From Lineus longissimus (taxonomy: Eukaryota), in NCBI RefSeq assembly GCF_910592395.1, contig NC_088308.1:2852001-2916000 (forward strand): DNA of 64,000 nt. The letters are read 5' to 3'. The notes under the pieces were generated by a model. That model saw nothing but the letters and a program-made list of their open reading frames with translations, ran no database searches and was not told where the DNA came from. This document shows positions 51,801 through 64,000 of the stretch, piece by piece; positions within the stretch are counted from its first letter, which is position 1; the number at the start of each line of letters is the position of its first letter. The translations under genes were made by a program, and so were the position numbers.

Positions 51801-54800
51801 TCACTTATATCATATGATACAATGACCAGCTGACCAGCCCTAATAACTGCCCTTCAGCAAACTATTCCCCCTCAGCTGTAACAATCCACGTCCAATCTTC
51901 TCAAGAAGCTGGTCCTGTTACCATGACCAAGAAATGGCTAATCCAGTAGATGATACCCGTAACTGTAAATATCCAATGTCGTTTATTTTAGATGAGAACT
52001 ATTAGGCTAGAGACGGGGACGCACAGATGGCCATTCCCACAATTCTCGGTGCCGATCAATACTAATTTCGCAGAGACGTCAGTTATAGCTGGTGCCAGGT
52101 TTATCCATTTCGCTGAGGAAGTTTTGTCTATGTGCATCACTGTTACAAAATATAACAGGATGCTGTTACCAGATATGACCAATGCTTAGACATAAGCCAT
52201 TAACATTAGCCTTGCTACTATTATAAATCAGATATTAGCATTACCCACTGACACATGAATCACTAGACGTCAATAGAAACACAGTAATGGTCATCCAGTT
52301 TCCATTTTCCAATAAAGGCAAAAAAGCAGCTTTGCTAAGGGTAATAAGATTGCAGAGGAACCAGTGCTTTTATCCTTAGAAGAAAACTGATATCTCTCAG
52401 TGGGCAATTTTCAAATGCCTTTGTTGATGTTGATATCACGCAGGGGTATTTGACCTCTAATGTCCATCTCCGTGAGCAAGTGCCATTTGCTTGTATCCTG
52501 CGGGGACGGTAATCGATACATCCACAACAGGATATGTGCATCAGAGAAAAACCTTTTGAGATCTTCTTTCATGCGATCTTATTTCAAACTGGGTGTATTT
52601 TTTCTGAAGGCGAGAAAGGCAAAGGCGTCAATATCATCAGCTTTGGAACACAAGGGCATTGGATGTCTGAGTCGATGTGAGGCTATTTTAAACACGGTGT
52701 TTCTTTCCATGGGAAAACACCGGCCAATATATCAACTTCGTCAGTTGAGGACACTGGGGATCGGAACTTGATGTCATTTTTCACGGGTTATGTTGCTCTC
52801 CAAAGGAATGAATGGACCAGCATTCCACGCTGACAACACTGATAATCAGGGGCAATCAGGGCTGACGAGAACGTGGTCAAGAGATCAATGTCTTTGGAGA
52901 TGAACATCAACATTGAGGGTAAAGGGAAGGTTTGTGGGACCATTAGCAACCATGGCAATCAGTCCCTCCAATTACGGATTATTGTCATAGAAATCAAGGT
53001 GCCACACCATTCTTTACACAGTTTTTAAATGCAGCAATTCTATTGATTTCCTCACCAGAATCAGCCATTTAGTGAAGTAGATAATTCAAATCGCATGTGA
53101 TCGCATTACAGATCAAAGTGGGAAGTCTTGTACCACTAGACTCGGGCTGAGAACCTGACCAGATGGTCAGATATTGGTCGTGGCTTCATCTGTGGTGTTC
53201 CTCAGTCTTGTCATGTAAGGTGAAGAAGGTGCATTGAAGCTGGACGATATATAATCTATCTTCCCTTTAACTTACACTCATCTCACTGCCAGTACACCCA
53301 AGTGTAAATGCAAGTAACCTTCCCTGAAGTAGTATTTGGGGAATTAACTTGGAACTTAACTTAGAAAACATTATTTTTCAATTGCTTTGGTCACGCAAGG
53401 CTGCTCTCAACATGTAAACAGACTGAAGACACATGGAAGAGGGAAATGAATGCATTTTTTCTAGAAATTTATTTTTCAGTCAATGTTGTTCAACATGCAA
53501 AGCAACTACTATTATTCCTTAATGTTAATAATACTTTATCAAAAGTATCGTTGAGGGAATTTAATTGAATTAGAAATCAGTAAGCCTCAATTGCTTCAGT
53601 CATGCAACTCTCCTATCAAAAGATCTGAAGATAAGTTGAAAGAACAGGAAACATGGCTTGAAAGTTTTTGAGACAAGATGCTTTAATAGCTAATCATCAT
53701 TAGAGAAGCTAGCACAGCCTTGGTGGCGCCAGATAGGAACCAGTCGATAAGCATGCATGGTAACTCATCAACGTTTTATCAGAATGGCCTATGGTACTGA
53801 TATCTGTTTTGCTGATTTGCGACTTCGACAAAACAGAGACGAATTAAGCATTTTCTGAGCTTCATTCCTCATGAATAAAGCTCTAATTCAGTGAATTACT
53901 TTGTATCACCACCAACTACCCCCCACCCCACCCCAAAGGCTCTGTCGAAAAGATGCAACTACGACATGTCTGCAGCGATGAAGAGATATGATTGATGACG
54001 AGAATACGGTGGCAAGGTTAGCGTTACAAATTGTTTAGGGCAGTTTCTAAAAGTTCAAGCCAAATATCCAAATACCTCTCCCTTGTGAATACTCCCATCT
54101 CAACAGTGATACATTTACATCAGACTACATGTACTCTTAGATCCTTCACTTCCCATACAGTCACCCACAACCTGTTGCTTTCCCAAAGTTTGCTAATAAC
54201 ACAATCTCCTTGACTCAATCACACCAATACAGCACGGCAAAGGAGGAATGTGTACATTACATGTAGAGTGCCATATTTGAGAACCATATTGTCACCAAAC
54301 ATGTTGATCTTACTTGTGATATTGAAGTTACCAGTTTCATGCCATGGAGCTGGAAGGATGGTATGCATTGGCAATGCCTTTCTGCAGCATCTTTGGATGA
54401 CATACCTAAAGGCCAGCTTTAAAAACCAATTCACATCCTGGTGTACAGATTCATTTGCAGTCTTAGACATAATTAAACCTGAGAAGGTGTTATGGTCAAG
54501 ATATCCAGTTTCAAAGCAAGCTGAACCAATAATGACCATTCACAGTAAGCAGAGAAGAAGGCTGAGATTACGGACAAACTCAGCAAGTCCACTGCAATAT
54601 CACTGATATTATCCCACATAACCAGCAAAATCAATGCGATCACATTTCCTTAGATGGAACAAAAACAGCCGAGGCAATATATCCACTCTCAGAATCACTG
54701 TAATTTAGGGTAACATATTTCACCATAATTTACTAAGAAATAGCCTCATACATCACCACATTCCTATCTGTCCCAGGAAATAAAACTGCACGACAACCCG

Positions 54801-55248
54801 TTATTATCTGTATGAGGATATAAAAGCATGCGAAAAGTATGATTATGGAGATTTTTTTATCCACTCCGGTGCAATTCTCTTCATGATAACTGCTGACCTA
54901 TGGTCAAGCGCCCAGAAGACAGATCATAAACAGTTGCATCAGGCTTTCAGATCAGGCACAAGCCATGATATTTTTGCATTTTTGGATCATATTGGTAATA
55001 CCATAAAAAACACAGGTCTTTCAAAATCATCTGGGCACTCAAAATGATTGGTTAGTAAATCTCGTGCTGTGATAAACCCCACAACATTTAACAGCATGCA
55101 AGTGACAGAGAGGAAATTGAATGGCAAAGATTTTTTCCAATTGCTCATTCCAGGATAAGTCATGAAATGTTGATTTAATCGCCGGTGCATTATCTTCTGC
55201 TTCAGAAACAGATTTCTCTCCGTTAAGGGTTCTTCTTAAGCATTGGTA

Positions 55249-55378
55249 GGAGTCGCTGTGGTCTGATGAGTCCGGCTCATAGTGAAGAGGTCCCAGGTTC
55301 AATCTCCACTGTCACCATTTGTCTCTCTGTCTACTTGTCATAGTCAGTCCATATGTAGAAATGGATACCGGTACTGGT
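55249..55378 (+). mobile_element. Degenerate tRNA-derived SINE
   Basis: A-box-like tgtggtctgatg, B-box-like ggttcaatctcc, downstream tgtagaaatggataccgg. Similar to 56659-56790. Confidence 0.55.
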
Positions 55379-56658
55379 CTGAAAAGTGCAGGCTGAAGCG
55401 CTGATTGAGCAGCTCATCTGCGGTCTTGCTGAAAGGTTTCAGGACAGACCAACCATTTGGTCACAATCTTTATCACTTGGCCACACTGCTTCTCTGGCAT
55501 GGAAAAAAACACTTTGTAAATTGCAAGAAAACTGGCAGCAACAAAGAGCAAAGAAAGTCCATTAATATTCATGATGGATTCATGTTCCACGACCGGAAAG
55601 AAAATGTGATGATCATGGTGAGTTTTGCATCAGCGGTTGAAAAAAACTTGCACAGCCAAGTTATGAGTAGGAAAAATTCCATCGCACCACTGACAAGGAA
55701 ATGGCAGATTAATCAAAATAAAACATGACTGGTCAGCAAACATGATGATCGAATGCTCCGCTGATCAAAATAACGCTATTTTTCCCCAGCAACTGACAAC
55801 GAGGAAATTGATCGGAGTTGGAACAAATTACAACCTTTGGCGTGAATTGATATTCCAGGATATTATCAGGTTGATGTCCAAATGATTAATATTGCTTTTT
55901 TATCCGTGATTGGCATTTTTGTGTTTTTTTCAATAAAAAGACGATTTGTTCAATGTGTCCAACAAACTGACAAATTGTGTTGCTGTTGTAAGGAAATAAC
56001 ATGCCACCTTGATAATAGGCAGTCTTGCATGTCAAAGATGACAGGTTACAGTGACATAATAAACCTGTTACAGTTTTTGACTGTATCAACTGTAGAATGG
56101 CTTGTCTGTCAAAATAACCACGATGCAGTTTTTAGTTGATCGAATGTGTCACTAGTCATTTTTTTAGGATGCAATGTTGGTGTTTTTTCTCTCCTTCGAT
56201 CTGTATGTCGTGAAAGAACTGTTCAGAAAGACTGTATTTCTTCAAACCAAATCCGAGCAATCTTCATGTGCACAAGTGATAGTCTGAATCTTGTGGCTTG
56301 GTCAGAATTAGAATACAGACACACAACCACAATTTGATCTTTTTGAAAATTTCATCAATTCCCAGATACCACTGTCGCTTTAGTCTCAAAACTCCCAATT
56401 TCATCAAATCATTCTAATCGAGTTACCAAACTTATTTTTGTATCGGCAAACAGGCAAATCCCTATTCAGGGCACATTTCATTGATTCGGTTGAATGAGCC
56501 CGTGATATTGGATCACGTACCCCATCATTAGGATAAGCTGGGATCTGCGTTAAGGTTGTAAAGGTTTTCAGTAAAGCTAGTTACAACTTTCCGTTGGCTT
56601 TCTAGATGTGTAAGTAGTAGTAACAGAAAGGAAATGCAGGTTCCCAAGCACTTTAAGA

Positions 56659-56790
56659 GGCCATTGTGGTCTTGTGGCTTGGACTCTGGCAAGTGTTCGA
56701 GAGGTCCTTGGTTCATATCCCACAGCCGTCATGAGACTCTACAGGCAGGTCTAATGTCTAATTTACCTTATCCAGCTGTATAAACGGGTA
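56659..56790 (+). mobile_element. Degenerate tRNA-derived SINE
   Basis: ggccattgtggtcttgtgg (A-box-like), gaggtccttggttcatatccc (B-box-like), then ccagctgtataaacgggta. Confidence 0.6.
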
Positions 56791-57908
56791 GTTGAGAAAT
56801 GCTAGAAGAGTGAAGTCCAATGGCAATCTCTGCCATAGTGATGGCAGATATTGTGGAGCGGAAAATACAGTTTGATAGTTGCTGGCTTTTTTTCGCAGAT
56901 TTCGCATTCAAGGCAACAGTTATAATCAAAATACTACGTGCTCAGATATGCATATGTCAAGCCATCAGATTTCTTTGGCCATCATCATGTGCATCCTTTT
57001 AAAAAAATGCAAGATTTAATCAAACCTTTATCTTTTTGTCAGCCAAAAACAGAATATTTCTCTTCAGGGCATATTTTATTGATGTTGTTGAGGATATTCC
57101 AATATTGCATCACGTATCTCATCTTGAAGATCAGCAGGATAACCATTCAAATGATTTTTTAGGAACTGACAGATTTAGAACTCTGCAGATGCATTAGTGA
57201 GACTTTTAGAAAAAAATGTTAATGGCATCGTTTTGGATTGAGCCTTGGAAACTACCAAAGTGCCCTGGATTAGTTCTGGTTCCTTTTCTTGAAGGTAATG
57301 TACCAAGTAAAGTTGGTTGCAGAGATGTTTCGAAGACAACATATTTTACTTTGACTGGTTTTATTTGGAAAAGTATGGTGATATAAACTTTTATCAAAGA
57401 ATGAGAATTGTCATCTTCTTGGTGAAACTGCATTCATATGACACTAATAACCTTGTATGCAGGTTCTTAATGCAGCTGAAATATGCCAAAATTATTGACA
57501 GACACCAGAAAACAAAATTGCATAGGTCAGCAAAATAATCTGTAAAAAATATGCAAGACAACACAACGTTATTGATTGCCGCTGACAGGAAAATATCATA
57601 AGATAACCAAGAATAAAGTTTTTCTCAAAACATTGCCGTCTGCCTATAAGGCAGATCAGGCAGTGAGCAGGAAATGTTCAGTGAACCAGATATAATCGCC
57701 AAGCTCAGCGAGAAAAACTTTCTCCTTTGGATGCTGCCTGCCTTCGCAGGATTTACTCAATGAACAAAAACATTGGTAGCACAAGCCAGCGGCAATCAGG
57801 ATTCACACAACGTTTGAGATGATCTTTTTGGGAAGAATAGCTAGCTGCTAAAAGGAGTGTTAAGATGGTTGCCTGCGACAATTAACAACAACTTTGAGTA
57901 TAAAGCGT

Positions 57909-57961
57909 TGTCAATGTTTGAGTGAATATAGCTTTGTCGATGTTTGAGTGAATACAGCTTC
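57909..57961. repeat. 26-bp tandem duplication
   Basis: tgtc(a/g)atgtttgagtgaata(t/c)agctt twice. Confidence 0.9.
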
Positions 57962-59194
57962 AGCTAGTTGCTTTGAGTGTGGCTTGAATGTGGCTTCTTG
58001 CTATTCTACATCACAGGACCGGAATAACGAGTTCCCCTGATAATTTTAGAGTATCTACTTCCCCGTACTATTTGGAAATATAGGAATGGGAACAAATTGC
58101 TATGGATGGAAATAAGATATTCCATTTATGCAGCTGACTTGTGTATAAGAACAATAGCCGGGGGTTGAATTTCCAATTAAACACTTAACAATGGAAATCC
58201 AATACTGTTAATCATGAAATAACCTGTTTGTGGCAAGTGACACAAGACATTCCTTCCAAAAACTATTTAACAGTTCCGTCTTGAGTTTAAACTTTTCAAA
58301 GGGTCAAAAGCACTTTTCATGAAAGTTTCAAGCTAACAGCCACAACTGAACCAAATCCATCAAACCCAAGGAGAAAACTTTTTTTTTTACATCCAGTTGA
58401 CAATACAGGGAAAAATCCTTAATTCCAACTCAAGGCCCGTCAAAATGGTGATGGGAAGTGATGTTATGGAAAACAGTTGAAAAAAAAAGATAGCTGATGG
58501 TCTCACTCATGCCGACTCCTTTGCCAGAATGAGGTAAACACAATGAAGGAAGCTATTACAGCAACTATTAAAGACCACAAGCAGTTGTCTCTGTGATAGA
58601 AAGGATACATGGGGAAATAGGTTGAAACATAACAATAAATTGATAGCTGTAATAGACACTGCCTAAGAGCAGCAGTGTGAAGACTGAAGGTCTGTGTAAG
58701 TTTAGCAAAATAAGTGTTGTCAACAATGATGGTGTTCAATCAAAAGGAAACTGATCCAAAAACAACCCAGCAAGGTTGAAAACATGTCCCAAGCTTTTGA
58801 ATATCAAGGGTGTAGTCCACACTGACAGACTGATCATTTACCCTGATCAAATAGTCGCTTGGTGTCTTCACATGATTAGAGAATGTGGCCAATTCCTAAG
58901 AATCCTCATCACCAATTCATTGGCAACAACTATGTTTTGATAAGCTGGACAGGCAATCAAGGCTTCACATTCTAATCCTCTGTTTCCCGATAGCTGGACA
59001 AGCTTTCTGCCAATACTTCAGCATCATTCAGCATTAACCCCAGACTCTTACATAGCTTCCCTTCTCTCAAAACAAAGCAGTAATTTACAAGGGAAGAAAC
59101 CTAACAATAGAAATTGGCAAGCAACAACACTGAAGTTTAAGGTCATAACAAGAATTGGTCATTAACCCTGATCAGATAGCTACATGTTGTCTAT

Positions 59195-59604
59195 AGCCGC
59201 ACTTACACCACCTGAAAATGGACCACCAATCTTGGTTCGGGAACCAATGCCGCACCATCGAAAATCCACCAAGCGCTTACACCAGCGCTGCAGCTAGTTA
59301 TAAAATCCGGCTACAGATGGCGCGCAAACAATAAGCCGAACGCGGAAAGCCTTGGCAGAAAGCGCCATTTCGAAAGCGCCGCCTGGAGCCGAACCATCTA
59401 ACTAGCTAATTGCCGATCCATTTGCGCTTACACCACGACAAAGCCGAACTTTTAACAAGCCGGGCGAATTTGGACCATCAAGCTTGGTGGGACAAATTCG
59501 CTCGGCAATTTGTATCGGCAATGGATTGCCGAACCAATTTGTCGCGGCAATGTGGTGGTGTAAGTGCAATTGGTCCACCAATATTTCGTGGTGTAAGCGC
59601 AGCT
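59195..59604. mobile_element. GC-rich MITE, 410 bp, 17-bp TIRs, 3-bp TSD (PIF/Harbinger-like)
   Basis: TAT|AGCCGCACTTACACCAC ... GTGGTGTAAGCGCAGCT|TAT (15/17 match). Five copies of CTTACACCA, three forward and two reverse. Confidence 0.88.
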
Positions 59605-60257
59605 TATGGCTGATTAGAGGATGTGGCCTATTTCCACATCAGCATTCATTAGCAACAAGGCTGTGATAAGCTGGACAGGTAATCAACCCAAGTGTAAAAG
59701 GCCAGTCATGCAAAATACCCCTCCGTAGACTGAAAATGGACTGAATTGCTTGCAATTCGTCTTCTTGCAGAGCTTGTCATTTCTCAATTAAATGGTGTAA
59801 GGCATGCCATACCAAGACTTGACATATCAAGTGCCATTTCCGAAATACACAATGCCACAATCAACCAATCAAAATGTAAGCAAACCTGGCATTTCCACCA
59901 ATATATTTTCATCGCTAGTTCATTTTGTGAACACGGTTAGAAAGCAATATATTTTGGTTGGCTTGACAGCAGGTTGTTGATATAGTGAGATGGATTTTAA
60001 GGACAGGTGTGATCTTTAATTGGTGGTGAGAGATTACAAGAACCCATTACATTTTTTGCCATGATGGATTTTTTTTAATACTAAATTCAGTAAGGGATTT
60101 GAATCTAGTACTACTTCAGATTGACAGATTGTACCTGCTTTAATGACGGCTGGGAATGATACTGCAGACTATTTTTTATTGCTTGATATCAAAGCAAATT
60201 TAAGGAATAAACAGCTTTTTTATATGAACCAACTTTATGCTAAAGAGGACCCGAAAA

Positions 60258-60716
60258 ATAACACGGATGTTACATCAATAAAGCTCATATGTACTTCACT
60301 GATGCCTATTCATGACACAACCCAACACTGATGTATCAGATTGGCTGGGGAAACTTTGCATCGAAATCGCATCGAGTGTCACCCAAACGAACCTGATACA
60401 ATGTCAAGTTTGTCATCCCCCACTTGCACCAAATACTGGCATTTTTTACTAAAGAAGACACAAGATGAAAGGATATGGATGCAGCCTCAACAAACACTTA
60501 TAAACATGGTACTCATATATCTTTCACCAGAATCCTTTTCAATGTCACCCAAATCAAACAAATCAGATGCAGTGCCATATACGTTTCCCCTTCTTGCACT
60601 ATGAATATTGGTGCTACCCAACAAAGAAAGAAGGTGAACAATCCACATGTAACATCGATAAAGCTCATATGTACCTTACTCACGGTTATTTATGACGAAA
60701 CTCAAGACAATGTATC
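60258..60716. repeat. Diverged ~80-bp direct duplication, ~380 bp apart
   Basis: atgt(t/a)acatc(a/g)ataaagctcatatgtac...atgac...atgtatc at ~60258-60337 and ~60637-60716. Confidence 0.75.
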
Positions 60717-62889
60717 TGTTTGGTATAGGAACATCATATGCCATCACAGGGAAAATACTATACAAAAAACATAGATAAATTTCTGCTGCAGCCAATATTG
60801 TTGACATCAGCAAACAAGGCCAAGTACTCCATGTCTGCTGTTGGAGGCTGAACGAGGCAGAATGTCAACATTGACAAATAACTTGAGGAATCTTTACGAA
60901 CGTTGAGTTTCGGTACCAATGGCATCAAATCATATGAGGAAAATCTTTAGGGAAGAGCTGGATGAATGAAAATCAGTAATTTGGAACCAACATCAGTTTC
61001 CTTATTGGAGAAGGTGTCTCCTGATAGAAGTGTTCGCAAAGGCAGACACTGATGCATGTTCATTGAAAGAACAACTACACACCAAGGCAGCAGTGTTTGC
61101 ATAAACCGGTTGCTGTGGTGAGGTTACCAAGTGCCTGATATCGACAACTCTGCCAATGCCAGTGCCATTATCCTGTGCAATAAATCACAATCAGACTGAC
61201 AGAAACACACACAGTCATCAACCAACTACTAATTAAACGCACCAAAATTGATTTCCTAGATCAAACTCTTTGGCATAGACTTTGTTTCATTGGAGGAGGA
61301 GGTGAACTCTAGGAAATAAAGGTTGTTGTACTTTTCACAAACCTTTGTTCATTTTCTTCCAATACAAATACCACTCCAGATAGTAGTTTTTCACAAACCT
61401 CAAAGAACTTTTGCAAAAAAGCTTTCTTTCTATGAGTTTGCAGACAACCGACCGTTCAAAGTCAATTTCACATAAACGACCATTGTTTACCTTTGTTAGA
61501 ACGAACAGCAGACCCAATTCAAATTTGCAGATTTGCAACAGCACGAGATAATCCATTTATTGAGTTTGCTTCACCGAAAGAAGCTTTTAGATGAGATAGC
61601 ATGGTGTCAACATCTCCCTGAGCAATCTTATAGGTTAAAAGCAGCGATCCATCACCTATAATATACTAAGCAGTCACCAAAGCGAAGAAAGATATCTTCC
61701 TTGGGTGAAACAAGCAAGAAAAACCAGGAAAGGACAATTCTATTCTATTCCCTCTACTCAAAGTGATGACATTAATGTTCACCACATTTCACGATATCCA
61801 ACCTTCAACCAATATAGACCATCAAAGTGTCTTATATATCAGCATCTTCAGACCATATTCTTAGCATGTAAATGTTATGATCTTTGTTTATGCTTGGATT
61901 TATCTTTGAACTTATCCTGTCACACCTGTTCCCAAATTAGATAATCCACAGTAAAAAATGCCTCAAAGATGCACAAATAGACTACTTGTGCTATTATCGT
62001 CTCTTGTAGGATACGAATAGCATCAGTCCTCAGGATGATGGGCTTTGAACTACCTGAGTGTATGTGATCATTATTTTCATCATGTACATGACTTTCTGTT
62101 TTTCTCAATGCAAGGTGTATTGGACAACTTCAGGTTTACTTTGAACAGCAGATATACAGATAACTCTGCTTACTTAAATAAGAAATCAGGTTTCTGAGGT
62201 AAAAGCTATTTCAAAGTGGGTGAGTAACTGTTCATTTGGTCATCATTTGGCTTAAGGATGGTGCCAGAACTTATTAGCCTTTGGCTCCAGCATCAAATGG
62301 GAAAACCTTTCACATTATCATGACAGCTGTTAAGATGAATATTGCTAGCTGTTATACATATGATCCTGTCTCCTCCTAATAATGGGTTTCCTTTATCACG
62401 GTATATCCTACTTTCCGTCTCAAGTGGCGCGGTAACACATTCCTTTGATCACAGGGACCCCTAATGGCCATACCTGATCCTATTACAGCCGCCATTATAG
62501 GTGAATATGACGCTACTGATATATCATCATCGAAGATGTTGGGCACCCCTGGCAAGACATGAGATATCCGATGCACGATTAGCCTATTACAAAATGATGT
62601 TCATTTACGGATATTTATCAGCAGGAGATGATAGGACAAACTGTGGGGGCATAAAGAAAGTATGATCTCTCATGGGGTAGCACCACAGTAAGGATAGGTG
62701 ACAAAGGTCTGCCCAATACGCACTTGAGAGGAATATCGTTTTTGTGATATTTTGAAGAATTACTGCCAAACCAGCATTGATATAAAAATTTCGCTTTAAC
62801 ATCTATCAGATTATATATCTATCATCAATATCCCGCATTTTCAGCATTATATCACAAACAGTTTGCGGATGCAGACCACTTTAAAAATA

Positions 62890-62987
62890 CTTTGTACCCA
62901 GGTAAACGAAACCTGCTCGTCTAACAGAAGACGACAGACGACGCCGGACGCCACGGTAATGTATAAGCTCCCCAGAGATGAGCTAAC
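62890..62987 (+). mobile_element. 3' end fragment of the HINE family
   Basis: acgaaacctgc...gacgacagacgacgccggacgccacggta...ataagctc...gagctaa matches 20055-20222. Confidence 0.8.
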
Positions 62988-63550
62988 AACTCATACATTA
63001 CAGCATTTTCCCTACTAGCATTGGCTGATGTCACTGTCAGAAACTTCACCAATACAAAAGCCAATATCATTGTACATTACACCGCTATCATCACTGCCAA
63101 CAAAATTAATTTCGTCTGGAAGCTCAAGGACTCTTCTTATGTTTGATGGCAAACAAAATGCTCCTTGGGACTAATGCGTTTCACAAGTGTGGCTAGGACA
63201 TGCCATAATGATCAGGTAATATGCATTAAAATGAAAACATACATGAATATTCTGTTGTAAGCTGACACTCGAAAGTTCTGGCTAAGCGATCTGTTTTCAA
63301 AAACATGGCCTCACAGGGCTAGTGGACAGCACCAGGAACTGCTTGCTTTCAGACAGCATCATCAATGTGTTGTTCCTTTTAGCACAAATCAAGTTTTTAG
63401 AAAGTAACTAAGTACTTGATGGTTTCTCCAATGTCTCTTCCAACATCATCAACAGTTTCTGATATCACAACAAGGAGAAGGAATGTCAATGACACATTCA
63501 CTTCAATGAGTTTTTCACGCCTACCTCATGACTTGCAGGATATTTTAGAA

Positions 63551-63580
63551 TATGAAACAGCCAGGGGCCATAGTGCTCAC
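63551..63580 (+). mobile_element. 5' end fragment of the HINE family
   Basis: atgaaacagccaggggccatagtgctcac versus atgaaatggccagggccattgtgctcac at ~19040-19067. Confidence 0.55.
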
Positions 63581-64000
63581 TAGTTGAACTTTGGATCAAT
63601 GATTTGCAAGTATAATTACAAAAGATGATCAGTGAACAGACAAGCAGACAAGATATGTCGAAACAGAACTGAGTAATAGGTAGACAATGAAAGCATCAGA
63701 AATTGGTTTCCTTTCAGGCAGATGAGGCAAGCCGTCCAATTCCAAGATGTTGGAATAAAGTATTTCCACAAAGTACTTGGGATCTCGCTTTGGCTGATAC
63801 AAATTCTCACTGACAGGGGATGAGCACCATTTGGCAAACACCCATTAGTGTTGATCATTTCATTGACAGGTCCATTACCCTGTTTGCTGAAACCAAGATC
63901 AGATTTCCCCCAAAAGTACATTTAATCCATTAGCCTATGAAAAGTTCAAAAGGTTTTGTACCAACTTTGTGACCAGTCAGGCAGGGATCCCTGATGGTAT

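Noticed and set aside
55249..56790. tRNA genes
   Set aside because: A/B boxes are degenerate, no cloverleaf can be completed, and both continue into a shared SINE-like body.
11978..60190. Partial matches to conserved miRNAs (miR-219-like ~11980, let-7-like ~20775, miR-34-like ~37405, miR-137-like ~60176)
   Set aside because: Only seed-length matches that diverge afterwards, with no evident precursor hairpin.

Overview
Eukaryotic, AT-rich (roughly 38-40% GC by eye), almost entirely non-coding DNA, probably from a marine invertebrate. That guess is inferred from the Helentron/HINE-type repeat family and is not proven. None of the supplied ORFs looks like a real protein. The best gene signal is missed by the ORF track: a candidate two-exon minus-strand microprotein gene (join 4313-4299, 2676-2584; MAATKAMLPTCFGHQRSATSNQSRDVLRLKQARLH, 35 aa) with a strong Kozak context, canonical splice sites, an RFX X-box plus CCAAT promoter and a downstream AATAAA. 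About 19 kb upstream is a second X-box-linked ATG mini-exon with a phase-0 donor (MALMSISTYQ). At 28.5 kb is a strong match to a recursive-splice (ratchet) site, followed by a 52-nt exon with stops in all three frames. The rest is non-autonomous DNA transposons (TA-TSD MITEs, a 3-bp-TSD MITE with its paralogous empty site alongside, and a Helentron-associated element with internal ~310-bp repeats and (GAC)28), degenerate tRNA-derived SINEs, several local tandem triplications, and a long exon-free, repeat-poor stretch. All gene calls are predictions from sequence alone.
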